Virus record (IMG/VR): IMGVR_UViG_3300042914_003231 | Span: 1-64,000 of that record | Source of the DNA: a virus | Taxonomy: Duplodnaviria > Heunggongvirae > Uroviricota > Caudoviricetes | DNA: 64,000 nucleotides | Direction: 5' to 3' (one strand) | Shown here: positions 20,624 to 29,419 of the stretch, piece by piece | Layout of the letters: each line of letters starts with the position of its first letter | Numbering within the stretch: the stretch's first letter is position 1 | The notes under the pieces: generated by a model | The model's database searches: none | What the model was told of the DNA's origin: nothing | Seen by the model: only the letters and a program-made list of their open reading frames with translations | Position numbers and translations under genes: made by a program

Positions 20624-21361
20624 ATGCCAAAAACAGACATAAGACAATTTTGTATACCACCTTATGCAGCTCCGGCATTTACTGGTTTTTCCATACAGGG
20701 ACAGCCTAGTATTATTGAAGTAGGTGTTCCTTTATCAGGTGTAAAAACTTTTTTATGGTCTACAAGTAATAGTAGTAATGTACAACCAAATACTAATGTT
20801 ATTAGGGATGTAACAAACAATATTATACTAGCTTCTGGTTTACCTAATACCGGATCTTCTATTCAGAATATAGGTACTATAGTTAATACTGCTCCTATGA
20901 GTCACTCTTGGAGAGGTGAGGCTGTAGATACACAATCTACTTTATTTATATCATCAAACTTTACAATATCTAGTATCTATCCTTATTTTTGGGGAAAGGT
21001 TTCTAGTGGTGGAGCAGCTCCAGGAGTTAATAGACCTGTTTCTAATCAAGCACTAATTAATAGTGGAAACAAGGTTGTTGCCAGTTCGGCAGGAACAATA
21101 ACTATAAACTTTAATACCACTTCTGATGATTATTTTTGGTTTGCTGTACCGGCTAGCATGCCTATAAAAACAAATTGGTATGTTAATGTGATTAACAACG
21201 GTAGTATTGGTGGTCCTGTTTCTTTGGGGGGTAATTTGTTTCCGGCACCTGATTCTGTAATTATAAATAGTCCTTCCGCTTTATGGAACAATATATTATA
21301 CAACATATATGTAACAAACTATCAAAGTGCAATAACTGTTCCTATGAATCTTAACAATTAG
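20624..21361 (+). CDS. virion or fibre protein, 245 aa
   Basis: ORF track; Ser/Asn/Thr-rich; tight gene packing. Confidence 0.55.
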   Translation: MPKTDIRQFCIPPYAAPAFTGFSIQGQPSIIEVGVPLSGVKTFLWSTSNSSNVQPNTNVIRDVTNNIILASGLPNTGSSIQNIGTIVNTAPMSHSWRGEAVDTQSTLFISSNFTISSIYPYFWGKVSSGGAAPGVNRPVSNQALINSGNKVVASSAGTITINFNTTSDDYFWFAVPASMPIKTNWYVNVINNGSIGGPVSLGGNLFPAPDSVIINSPSALWNNILYNIYVTNYQSAITVPMNLNN

Positions 21362-21364
21362 ACA

Positions 21365-22756
21365 ATGGCAATATTATTAAGTGATAATTTACAAAACAAT
21401 AGTCCAAAACCTTTAGATGCAAAATATCTAAATGGAGTTACTCCTTGGGCATCTGTTGCTGCAGCTAATGCCGGTATAGCTCTTACTGAAAGATCTATAG
21501 GTTTAACAGTTAATATAAACAATGTAGAATATTGGTATGCTGCAGGAATCACTAATAGTGATCTTGTTATTAAATCAGGAGGTTCTGGATCACTACCAAT
21601 TGTAAGATATGTATATCTAGTACAAGATGCTTCTGATGCAACTAAAATGGGTGGTACTTTAAACAACGTGTATACTACATTTCAATCAGCTTATAATGCT
21701 GCAAATGTTTTACAAGTGTCGTTGGGAGGCTCTAATATTGTTGTTGTTCAAGTAGGAAATATTACAGCAGCTGCTGCTGGAGATTTAACATTAACCAGTA
21801 ATTATAATAGATTTGTGCAGTTTTCTGGAATAAGTATTGTTTCTTCTGTATTAGGAAATATAATTGCAACAAATTCTTCTGGAAATGGGTATACTGTAGG
21901 TAACGGTACCTTACAACCAGTTTTTTTTACTAATATAAGAATAGGAAACATAAATACAAACGCTACCGGCATTAGTGGTAATTCTGGAAATGTTTCTTTA
22001 AGAGTTAATAGTGTTCAGGTTGGAAACATAGATACTTCAATAACAAACGTAACTAACACAACAGGAAATGGAGGTTCTTTCACTTATAATGTAAATACAA
22101 ATAATTTTGCTGTTTTCGGAAATATAACTACATCAAGTCAAGGTTCTCTTAGTAGTGCTGGAAGTGTAAGCATATCATCTTCTAATTTTGTTTTTTCTAA
22201 CATAACTACTAGCAACGGAAATCAAGGTGGAGTAATCTCAATAGATGCTTCTTCTGGAAGATTTTTAGGAACTTCAATAACTATAAATACTACAAGTACA
22301 GTAAGTGCTAATATATTGACTTTGAGAAATGGAAATGTTAATAATATAAATGTAACAAGTGATAAAAATATAAACATTACAAATTGCACTTTAATATCAG
22401 CAACTTTCTCTAATTCAATAATTCAAAATACTTTAAATATAGTCAGTTCAATTATTAGTGGAGTTTTAACAACTAATCCTTTAACAAAATCAATAATTAA
22501 ATTATCTTCTTTGTCTAATATTATTAATTTAGGAGATGATTCTTTTATTGTAAATACTGTAGTTGATTTTCAAAATACAGTTACACCTGCTATAAACGGA
22601 ATAGGTTCAAACTGTACAATAGTAAATTCATCTATATTAGGTGGTAGTTTAAGTATAGATAATAGCACTCCTCAAATAGTTCAAATAAGCGGAGTATCTT
22701 CAACTCCATTAATTTATATTCAAAACACAATAGGAGTAAATATAACCTTAGCTTAA
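21365..22756 (+). CDS. beta-helix-like tail fibre or spike, 463 aa
   Basis: Long run of degenerate Asn/Ile/Thr/Ser/Gly repeats (GNINTNATGISGNSGNVSL, VGNIDTSITNVTNTTGNGG, FGNITTSSQGS...). Confidence 0.55.
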   Translation: MAILLSDNLQNNSPKPLDAKYLNGVTPWASVAAANAGIALTERSIGLTVNINNVEYWYAAGITNSDLVIKSGGSGSLPIVRYVYLVQDASDATKMGGTLNNVYTTFQSAYNAANVLQVSLGGSNIVVVQVGNITAAAAGDLTLTSNYNRFVQFSGISIVSSVLGNIIATNSSGNGYTVGNGTLQPVFFTNIRIGNINTNATGISGNSGNVSLRVNSVQVGNIDTSITNVTNTTGNGGSFTYNVNTNNFAVFGNITTSSQGSLSSAGSVSISSSNFVFSNITTSNGNQGGVISIDASSGRFLGTSITINTTSTVSANILTLRNGNVNNINVTSDKNINITNCTLISATFSNSIIQNTLNIVSSIISGVLTTNPLTKSIIKLSSLSNIINLGDDSFIVNTVVDFQNTVTPAINGIGSNCTIVNSSILGGSLSIDNSTPQIVQISGVSSTPLIYIQNTIGVNITLA

Positions 22757-22767
22757 AAACAAAGTTT

Positions 22768-23010
22768 ATGAAAATAACATTTAACATAAAAACAATAAAA
22801 ATAAAACCAGCTACTGAAGCAGAAATTGCTGAAGTTTCTGAAGCTGAATTAATTTCAATATCTGACATGCCAACTGAAAAAAAAATAGTAGCTTTAGTAA
22901 ATGTGCTAGGAATAGATAGAGTTATTACGTTATGGGAAGATGAAGCTTATGATAAAGTAGGAGATTGGAGTCAAGAACAAGCAAACCAAAAAATAATAGA
23001 ATTATTATGA
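22768..23010 (+). CDS. hypothetical protein, 80 aa
   Basis: ORF track; ATGA overlap with the next gene. Confidence 0.5.
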   Translation: MKITFNIKTIKIKPATEAEIAEVSEAELISISDMPTEKKIVALVNVLGIDRVITLWEDEAYDKVGDWSQEQANQKIIELL

Positions 23011-23510
23011 GTATAGGAAACTTAAAAAATAATGGTAATAAAGGTAACAATTTTCCTTATCAATTAGCGGTCTTAGAATTGCTTAATAGTATAGCAAATT
23101 CTGGATCAAATCCTTGTTGCCCTACTGCTGCCACAGAAGCTACACTTTTAACTAGATTAAGTAAAGCAGACTTTGAAGCAAGGATTAATACTCTTGGTCA
23201 AAAGACTATGAATGAATCTACTCCAGTAACTTTAGCTATTGATCAATCTTCTATTCCGGTTACCCTACCTGCAGGTGTATCTCTTACTCCAAGTCTTGTA
23301 CTTGTTCCTGCTAATACAGCACTTACAAATACAGTAGCTGGTAAGAAGCAGGTGAGTATGCGCGCTAGTGGAGGAAATGTAACAATAGGGGGTGTAGCTG
23401 TACCTAACGGAACTACTCTTACTTATACAGCTGAAGGAAATAATACTATAGGATCTATATCTTATCAAACTGGTGCAGGCTCAACAATATTAATCTCTTA
23501 TTTGACATAA
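23007..23510 (+). CDS. fibre-associated protein, 167 aa; paralogue of 20287..20622
   Basis: MSIGNLKNNGNKGNNFPYQLAVLELL. Start moved to ATG 23007, in frame with the track ORF 22965... Confidence 0.6.
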   Translation: MSIGNLKNNGNKGNNFPYQLAVLELLNSIANSGSNPCCPTAATEATLLTRLSKADFEARINTLGQKTMNESTPVTLAIDQSSIPVTLPAGVSLTPSLVLVPANTALTNTVAGKKQVSMRASGGNVTIGGVAVPNGTTLTYTAEGNNTIGSISYQTGAGSTILISYLT

Positions 23511-23511
23511 C

Positions 23512-24375
23512 ATGGTAGGAATAGAACAACAACTTGACGGTAATATTGTAGATGGATTATATGCAGCTAATACGCCATCTACAAGTAATCCTGTAGCAAC
23601 AATGGCTGATGTTGGACAAGGTATACCTCCTTTTGCAGATCAAAGACAATATGTTCAAGTTACAAATTTTGATACTGGTAGTTTACCAGTTGGATGGACA
23701 GGTAGTGTTACTGGAACAGGTGCTTCAATAGTATATACTCAAGTAAGCGACTCAGGAGTATCACCAGGTTTAGCTTTAGCCACTCTAGGTACAGCAGTAA
23801 ATGCAAGAGTATCTATTCTAACTGGTTCTGGTTTTCAGTACATGAGAACCTTTACAGATGGTCCTGAGTCAACTTGTTTTATTCAAATGAGGTGGAGTGG
23901 TGTGCCAAGCCCTACTAATTGCGCCCAAATTCTTGGGTGGATAAATTCAAATAGTTTTTCGCCATTACCTACAATGGGAAATGCACTTGCCATTATGTAC
24001 GACCCATCAAACGCAAGTACATTTAATCCAGGGCTTATAACTAATTTATTCCTTATTGCAAGATCAAATTATAATGGTCCAACAGCAAATACTATTGTTG
24101 ATTTAGGTTTTACTTTCGATGCTTCTAATTGGCATTCTTACAAAATCACATATAACACTGTTTTAAATCAAGTAGAAGTTTATAGAGATAATATTCTAAT
24201 AACAACATTAACAAATTTGAATAATGTTCCAGGTGGATCTATAAGAGGTGTAATTCCTACAGGAGCTACTAACGGTTTACAAGCTGGTTTTTATATAGGA
24301 AATGGAGCCGTTGCCCCTGCAACAGGAACAGCAATAAGAGTGTCAAAGATTAGCGTATTTAAAAGATATTCATAA
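23512..24375 (+). CDS. fibre-tip protein, possibly a concanavalin/LamG-like jelly roll, 287 aa
   Basis: C-terminal half FTFDASNWHSYKITYNTVLNQVEVYRDNILITTL resembles a LamG-type pattern. Weak assignment. Confidence 0.45.
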   Translation: MVGIEQQLDGNIVDGLYAANTPSTSNPVATMADVGQGIPPFADQRQYVQVTNFDTGSLPVGWTGSVTGTGASIVYTQVSDSGVSPGLALATLGTAVNARVSILTGSGFQYMRTFTDGPESTCFIQMRWSGVPSPTNCAQILGWINSNSFSPLPTMGNALAIMYDPSNASTFNPGLITNLFLIARSNYNGPTANTIVDLGFTFDASNWHSYKITYNTVLNQVEVYRDNILITTLTNLNNVPGGSIRGVIPTGATNGLQAGFYIGNGAVAPATGTAIRVSKISVFKRYS

Positions 24376-24920
24376 TGGACTTAAAGATATTTCAGATAAA
24401 CTCAGTAATGAATAGTGGTATAGCCACTGTCCAACTTATTAACTATAGACACATTGGCTTGTTTAAAAAGACAATCCAGGATAAAGGACTTGATGTAAAA
24501 ACTGAGTTCTATCAGTACTATGACAACAATGTCTACAGCAATCTTATTGTTGAAGAAGTCTATACCTACATAGAGCAAAATCCTTTGTATTTAGGAATCA
24601 CTACGCAGGTTAACTGGTATGATCTTATTGACACTATAGGAGAAACACAGTCTTTTACTTACATGTTCTTACCAAATGAGATCATTGAGTTTGGTATCAA
24701 GAAGAGAGGAAATATGCTTTCTAATGCTAAGTTGTACGCGTTCCAGCAACTTGGAGTTAATGCTTATACCTTGTTGGATAACTGTGCTGTGGAGATGTCG
24801 ATCTATGTACAAGGTAATACCGCACCTCTTGTAGCTAAGGTAAATACTCAAGTAGGTGTTATACCCGGATTTACTCAACAATTAGCAAATAACATTAATA
24901 ACATATTAACAAATTTATGA
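24375..24920 (+). CDS. hypothetical protein (fibre assembly?), 181 aa
   Basis: ORF track; call is by position only. Confidence 0.5.
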   Translation: MDLKIFQINSVMNSGIATVQLINYRHIGLFKKTIQDKGLDVKTEFYQYYDNNVYSNLIVEEVYTYIEQNPLYLGITTQVNWYDLIDTIGETQSFTYMFLPNEIIEFGIKKRGNMLSNAKLYAFQQLGVNAYTLLDNCAVEMSIYVQGNTAPLVAKVNTQVGVIPGFTQQLANNINNILTNL

Positions 24921-25384
24921 AAGAATTAGCAATAGGTATATGGAGCCTTTTATGGGCAATAATAGTAAGTATTCTGATGTTTAGTATTGGTACATTATAT
25001 TCTTTAATGTATTCTATTTACATGTCTATAACATTTAAAAACAAATGGATGTTTTTTAAATTTTGGTGGAGATTAATTGATGGTTTTGCAGCGGCTATCG
25101 GACATGCTCTTTATGAAATAGCTTATGCTTTGGACCTAGGGTGGAATGTAAATGGAGAAATTTTAGAAGATATGATTACTGCCAAGGAGAATACAAATTT
25201 CTCACATAAAAATATTTCTGTATCAGCAACTACTGGAAAGTTGGAAATTGATGAAGATCTTAATACCTTTGGTAAAGGATTTAGCAAAGCATTGAACTTT
25301 TTCTTTGGTCAAAAACAACATGCTAAAGATGCTTGGTTGTATACTAAAGCCAAAAAAGAATTAAAAGAAGAGTATTTTAAATAA
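24917..25384 (+). CDS. membrane protein, 155 aa
   Basis: Two N-terminal TM segments; immediately upstream of the holin. Confidence 0.55.
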   Translation: MKELAIGIWSLLWAIIVSILMFSIGTLYSLMYSIYMSITFKNKWMFFKFWWRLIDGFAAAIGHALYEIAYALDLGWNVNGEILEDMITAKENTNFSHKNISVSATTGKLEIDEDLNTFGKGFSKALNFFFGQKQHAKDAWLYTKAKKELKEEYFK

Positions 25385-25388
25385 AATT

Positions 25389-25796
25389 ATGAATACATCA
25401 ATATTAGGACAAAAATCAAATATGGAAATACTTAAATTTTATTTATTTACTTTTTTTTACTGGTTATTAATATACTTTCAACCTACTCTCGAGTTTGTAT
25501 TATTAGTAGGATTTTTTGTAGTTATGGATACTATTACTGGAATAGCTGGTGCAATAAAAACTGAACAAGCTATTACATCAAAAAAATTTAGAGCCATATT
25601 CCCTAAATTTATAGTATATGGAGCAGCCGTACTTACAGCTCATGTTTTACAAAAGCAATTTTTTCCTGATTTTCCGGCTATGAAAATAGTAGCCGGATTT
25701 GTTGCTTATAGTGAACTCATGTCTATAGATGAGAACATTCAAAAGATTACCGGTTTCAGTGTATTTAAATTCTTTATCAAAAAACTTAAAAAATAA
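25389..25796 (+). CDS. holin (phage_holin_4-like), 135 aa
   Basis: Three to four TM segments; motif VMDTITGIAGAIK...ITSKKF; directly precedes the endolysin. Confidence 0.65.
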   Translation: MNTSILGQKSNMEILKFYLFTFFYWLLIYFQPTLEFVLLVGFFVVMDTITGIAGAIKTEQAITSKKFRAIFPKFIVYGAAVLTAHVLQKQFFPDFPAMKIVAGFVAYSELMSIDENIQKITGFSVFKFFIKKLKK

Positions 25797-26287
25797 TGGA
25801 TAAAATAACTTTAGATAGAATAGCTTTATTACATCCTCAACTGAGAGATGAAGCTTTAGAAATGTACAAAGAGATATGTGACAGATTAGGTAAAAATGTA
25901 ATCTGCAGATTTTCTCATACTTTAAGAACTTTTAAAGAGCAAAATGATCTTTATGCTCAAGGAAGAAGTAAACCTGGAAAAATTGTAACCTTTGCTAAAG
26001 GAGGTCAAAGTTACCATAACTATGGTCTTGCTATTGATATTGTATTTCTTATAGATAAAGATGGCAATGGATCTTATGAAACAGCTTCTTGGGATATATC
26101 AACAGATTGGGATAAAGATGGTACTACTGATTGGAAAGAAGTAGATTTTGTTTTCAACATGTATGGATGGAAAGGTTTGTATAAAGATGGTAAAAGATGG
26201 GACTTCCCGCATTTTCAAAAAGACTTTGGTCTAAATATTGTTAAATTACAAAAACTACCTTTAGTAGGTGGTTATCCTAAACTATAA
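25796..26287 (+). CDS. endolysin, peptidase M15 (L-alanyl-D-glutamate peptidase/VanY-like), 163 aa
   Basis: RTFKEQNDLYAQGR...GQSYHNYGLAIDIV...WDFPHFQ, i.e. the SxHxxGxAxD plus distal His zinc-ligand pattern. Confidence 0.85.
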   Translation: MDKITLDRIALLHPQLRDEALEMYKEICDRLGKNVICRFSHTLRTFKEQNDLYAQGRSKPGKIVTFAKGGQSYHNYGLAIDIVFLIDKDGNGSYETASWDISTDWDKDGTTDWKEVDFVFNMYGWKGLYKDGKRWDFPHFQKDFGLNIVKLQKLPLVGGYPKL

Positions 26288-26298
26288 AAACACAGATT

Positions 26299-26547
26299 AT
26301 GAAATTACTGAAACAGTATTATTTACCTACTCCTGCTAAATGGAGAAGAATCGGAGATGCATTATTAGCTTCTGCTGGTGTAGTAGGTGGTGGTGGATTA
26401 TTAGCTTTTGATGAGTTAAAAGAAATCTTTGATGCTCATGAACTCAAATTAATTATTGGTGGAGTACTTATCTTAGGTATTAGCGGTAAATTTATTACAA
26501 ACTTCTTTGGCCCAGAGAAAAAAGAAGATCAGACACCAAATGCCTAA
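26299..26547 (+). CDS. small two-TM protein (second holin or antiholin?), 82 aa
   Basis: Hydrophobic and Gly-rich segments; located in the lysis cassette. Confidence 0.5.
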   Translation: MKLLKQYYLPTPAKWRRIGDALLASAGVVGGGGLLAFDELKEIFDAHELKLIIGGVLILGISGKFITNFFGPEKKEDQTPNA

Positions 26548-26884
26548 GAAAGTTAGTAATATGACCTGGGCATTTCTAGGTGCAATGGGTGTTATTCTGA
26601 TCCTTGTCCTTATTCTGATATTTAGGAATCCGGAGGTAATTATGCAAGGGCCTGACCGAACTAAAGCACTTCGAGACAGTATCAATTTATTGACCGAACA
26701 GATTAAGGATGAGAAAAGCTACACAGAAAGATATAAGTACATGGCCGATAGTGTTATGAACTTGCCTCCAAAAGTAAAAGTATTCTACTATGAAAAAAAA
26801 CAGTTTGTTACTCGTGCTACTATTAGCCAATTGGACAGTATTATTCGGACAGGTTCCAAACTTCCAATACGGACCACCTATTAA
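26540..26884 (+). CDS. type-II membrane protein, i-spanin-like, 114 aa
   Basis: N-terminal TM segment WAFLGAMGVILILVLILIF followed by a soluble coiled region. Start set at ATG 26540. Confidence 0.45.
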   Translation: MPKKVSNMTWAFLGAMGVILILVLILIFRNPEVIMQGPDRTKALRDSINLLTEQIKDEKSYTERYKYMADSVMNLPPKVKVFYYEKKQFVTRATISQLDSIIRTGSKLPIRTTY

Positions 26885-27209
26885 AGATAGTCTAACTTGT
26901 TATACTCCTACAGAACTTCGAGCTGTAGCTTTAACTATTGTTAATGGCCAAGAGTGTGATACCTTATTAAAAATTGCTCACCAGGCTATCTCATATAAAG
27001 ACACTATTATAAGTTCCCAAGGAAGAACTATTGAAAAACAAGAAGTTAAACAGTTTACTACCCAATTGTTAGCTGACCAGTACAAATTCCAAAAGGAAGC
27101 AGCTGAAAGTGCACTAAAAGATGAAAAGACAAAAAAGAAGTGGCTCTTAGCCGGTTGGGGAGGAACTACAGTTTTTCTTACTGTCATAACTATTTTAGCA
27201 CTTTTATAA
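26790..27209 (+). CDS. spanin-like protein with N-terminal signal and C-terminal TM, 139 aa
   Basis: MKKNSLLLVLLLANWTVLFG...; C-terminal LLAGWGGTTVFLTVITILALL. Overlaps the previous ORF by 95 nt in another frame. Confidence 0.45.
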   Translation: MKKNSLLLVLLLANWTVLFGQVPNFQYGPPIKDSLTCYTPTELRAVALTIVNGQECDTLLKIAHQAISYKDTIISSQGRTIEKQEVKQFTTQLLADQYKFQKEAAESALKDEKTKKKWLLAGWGGTTVFLTVITILALL

Positions 27210-27226
27210 ATAAATTTGGTAAGTTT

Positions 27227-27294
27227 AAACTATACACCTTTTAAATACTACTAGTCTGCAAAATAAATATTTAACATTTAAACTTGTATAGTTT
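27227..27294. repeat. 10-bp inverted repeat AAACTATACA / TGTATAGTTT with four (G/A)TTTAAAC copies nearby
   Basis: 27227-27236 pairs with 27285-27294. TTTAAAC occurs at about 27224, 27277, 27315 and 27322. Confidence 0.75.
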
Positions 27295-27306
27295 ATAGAA
27301 AAACAT

Positions 27307-27314
27307 TATATTTG
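27307..27314 (+). promoter_or_regulatory. -7 box TATATTTG upstream of 27330
   Basis: Matches TAnnTTTG. Confidence 0.5.
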
Positions 27315-27329
27315 TTTAAACTTTAAACT

Positions 27330-27614
27330 ATGTCAGAAGAAACCAACACTGAAGAACAAGGTAAAAAACTTACCTCAGAGGAATTAGCTGAGAGACGCAA
27401 AAACCTCATCACTTTCTACAAGAGCCAAGTAGAACTTCTTAAGCACCAAGAATCTTACGAAAAACTAGTAGCTGATATTGAAGAGCACAAGCTTCGCGGT
27501 CTAGTTGCTATGGTCCGTCAGGGTCAGATCATGAGCCCTCCAGATAAAACCGATAACCCGGATACACATGCTGAAAATGAAGAGAAAAAAGAAAGAACCT
27601 TAAAAAAATCATAA
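27330..27614 (+). CDS. hypothetical coiled-coil protein, 94 aa
   Basis: ORF track. Confidence 0.6.
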   Translation: MSEETNTEEQGKKLTSEELAERRKNLITFYKSQVELLKHQESYEKLVADIEEHKLRGLVAMVRQGQIMSPPDKTDNPDTHAENEEKKERTLKKS

Positions 27615-27631
27615 GCCAAAAATAAACCAAC

Positions 27632-28054
27632 ATGGCTCAGTTTAAAATAGTAGATAAAAAAGTGCAAATGTCACAGGAACAGATTATCAAGTTCCAACTA
27701 ATTACATATTGCTATCTTAACAAGATCAGCATCAGTGAATCTGATCTTGCTTGCCTTACTCTTCTTGCTCTTAATGAGAAAGCAGAATTATCTGACTTTT
27801 GCAATGCTTGTTGCTTATCTGAGTTTCGCGATAAAGACACAAGTCTTACTTATACAAAAGTTATTTTTAAAACTCCACAGACTGTAAGAAACTGTCTTAC
27901 TAAGATGGTCAATTACAACATTATTACTAAAGAAGGTCTTGGTCATGGAAAGCTTATTGAACTTAATCCGGAGATAAAGCTTCAGGCTAAAGGTAATGTA
28001 TTGTTAAACTATAAAATGTTCAGCATTGGTACCGAAGAAAGCCAAGGAGTTTAA
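27632..28054 (+). CDS. hypothetical protein, possible winged-helix DNA binder, 140 aa
   Basis: TVRNCLTKMVNYNIITKEGLGHG is wHTH-like. Weak assignment. Confidence 0.5.
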   Translation: MAQFKIVDKKVQMSQEQIIKFQLITYCYLNKISISESDLACLTLLALNEKAELSDFCNACCLSEFRDKDTSLTYTKVIFKTPQTVRNCLTKMVNYNIITKEGLGHGKLIELNPEIKLQAKGNVLLNYKMFSIGTEESQGV

Positions 28055-28448
28055 GAAAGAAGTCGCTGAAGAACTAGGCCTTTCCGAAGAAATGGTCAGT
28101 CATGTAATAGACTTCTACTGGGAAACATTAAGAAAAAAAATGTCCAGTTTATCAGAACCTGCAATAGAGATCCCAAATTTTGGTATCTTTAGGATCAAGC
28201 ACTGGGGAATTGATGGGGAGATAGAAAAGCTTAAGAGAATTATTGCAAGCTATGAAGGAAACTTTAAACACTACGCTCGCAGAAAAGATCTTGAAGATAA
28301 GATATCAGCTTTAGAAAAGATTAAGGCTTTAGTAACAGAAGAGAAAACAAAATTTAAAGAAATAAGAGAAAAAAGATATGTTAAATATAAAAACGATTTG
28401 GAACAACAGAAAGCTAATCTGGGAGGGTCTGAAGAACAAGATCTTTAG
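28026..28448 (+). CDS. HU/IHF-like DNA-binding protein (TTG start), 140 aa
   Basis: KEFKKEVAEELGLSEEMVSHVIDFYWETLRKKM...EIPNFGIFRIK resembles the HU-fold N-terminus and arm. Confidence 0.45.
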   Translation: MVPKKAKEFKKEVAEELGLSEEMVSHVIDFYWETLRKKMSSLSEPAIEIPNFGIFRIKHWGIDGEIEKLKRIIASYEGNFKHYARRKDLEDKISALEKIKALVTEEKTKFKEIREKRYVKYKNDLEQQKANLGGSEEQDL

Positions 28449-28662
28449 AACCGACATGGTAGAGGATGTATATCAAATGCGGATGAAGATCTGCAAGAAA
28501 TGCCCGAGCATTGATCCTGAAGGAAGCAAATGTATGGTAGCTGGAACTAAACCATGCTGTGGAGTTTGTGGTTGTAGCCTTTCTTTAAAACTCCGCTCTA
28601 TGGATTCATCATGTCCACATCCAGATGGTCCTAAGTGGAAGGAGGTACAAATTGAGCAATGA
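28378..28662 (+). CDS. Cys-rich metal-binding protein, 94 aa
   Basis: CKKCPSIDPEGSKCMVAGTKPCCGVCGCSLSLKLRSMDSSCP. Confidence 0.6.
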   Translation: MLNIKTIWNNRKLIWEGLKNKIFRTDMVEDVYQMRMKICKKCPSIDPEGSKCMVAGTKPCCGVCGCSLSLKLRSMDSSCPHPDGPKWKEVQIEQ

Positions 28663-28870
28663 TGTAACACTAGTATCAGGGATTATCCTACCTAGTTATC
28701 CAAACAAGGAACAAATGGTCCTAGCTCAAGTAGTAAATTATTATGTTGATCAAAAGACTATAGAATCAGAAGAAGGAGATAAGCTCATAAATATGATTAA
28801 GTCTCCAGATGAAGAAAATGTAGAACTGGCAAAAGTCATATTACAAACTAAATACCAGGTATTGAAATGA
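28625..28870 (+). CDS. small protein, member 1 of a triplicated family
   Basis: Motif LINMIKSPDEENVELAKVIL. Exact start uncertain. Confidence 0.5.
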   Translation: MVLSGRRYKLSNDVTLVSGIILPSYPNKEQMVLAQVVNYYVDQKTIESEEGDKLINMIKSPDEENVELAKVILQTKYQVLK

Positions 28871-29175
28871 GTGAATTGATGGATGAAATAGAAAGCAAAG
28901 GTCTTTCAGTAGGTTATGTGAAATTAACTACTTATAGTATTAGAGAACTTATGGTAAATGTTGCTAAAAATACACACATGCAAGGAAGAGAGTTTGTGTT
29001 ACTGTCCGGAGGAGAGCTTACTGACTCTATAGAAAAAGAAGCTTTCTCGATGATGCTTGAAACATCTAGGACTAAATATTCTATTGAAGAATATGTAAGA
29101 CTTAAAGGTATGATTGAATCCCCAGACCGGGAAAACTTTGAGATTGCCAAACTTATAATAAAGAATAAGAAATGA
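28867..29175 (+). CDS. small protein, member 2 of a triplicated family
   Basis: Motif LKGMIESPDRENFEIAKLII. Confidence 0.55.
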   Translation: MSELMDEIESKGLSVGYVKLTTYSIRELMVNVAKNTHMQGREFVLLSGGELTDSIEKEAFSMMLETSRTKYSIEEYVRLKGMIESPDRENFEIAKLIIKNKK

Positions 29176-29366
29176 ATTCAGAGTTTGAGTTATATAAGAG
29201 AAACTGCATAGATCTTCTTGAGTTCTTAGAAGCTAAAGGAGAAGTATCAGAAAATGAGAAAGCTACTGCACTAACAATGCTTAACTCATCAGATGATGAA
29301 AATGTGTACTTAGGTATTACAATTGTAAATGAGATACAGAAAAAGTTTAAGATCCGGAGAGTGTAG
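29172..29366 (+). CDS. small protein, member 3 of a triplicated family
   Basis: Motif LTMLNSSDDENVYLGITIV. Confidence 0.55.
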   Translation: MNSEFELYKRNCIDLLEFLEAKGEVSENEKATALTMLNSSDDENVYLGITIVNEIQKKFKIRRV

Positions 29367-29419
29367 TATTAGCTCAAGAGATCATAAAAGTAAAACTACA
29401 GGAAGTAAAATTATAAAAC

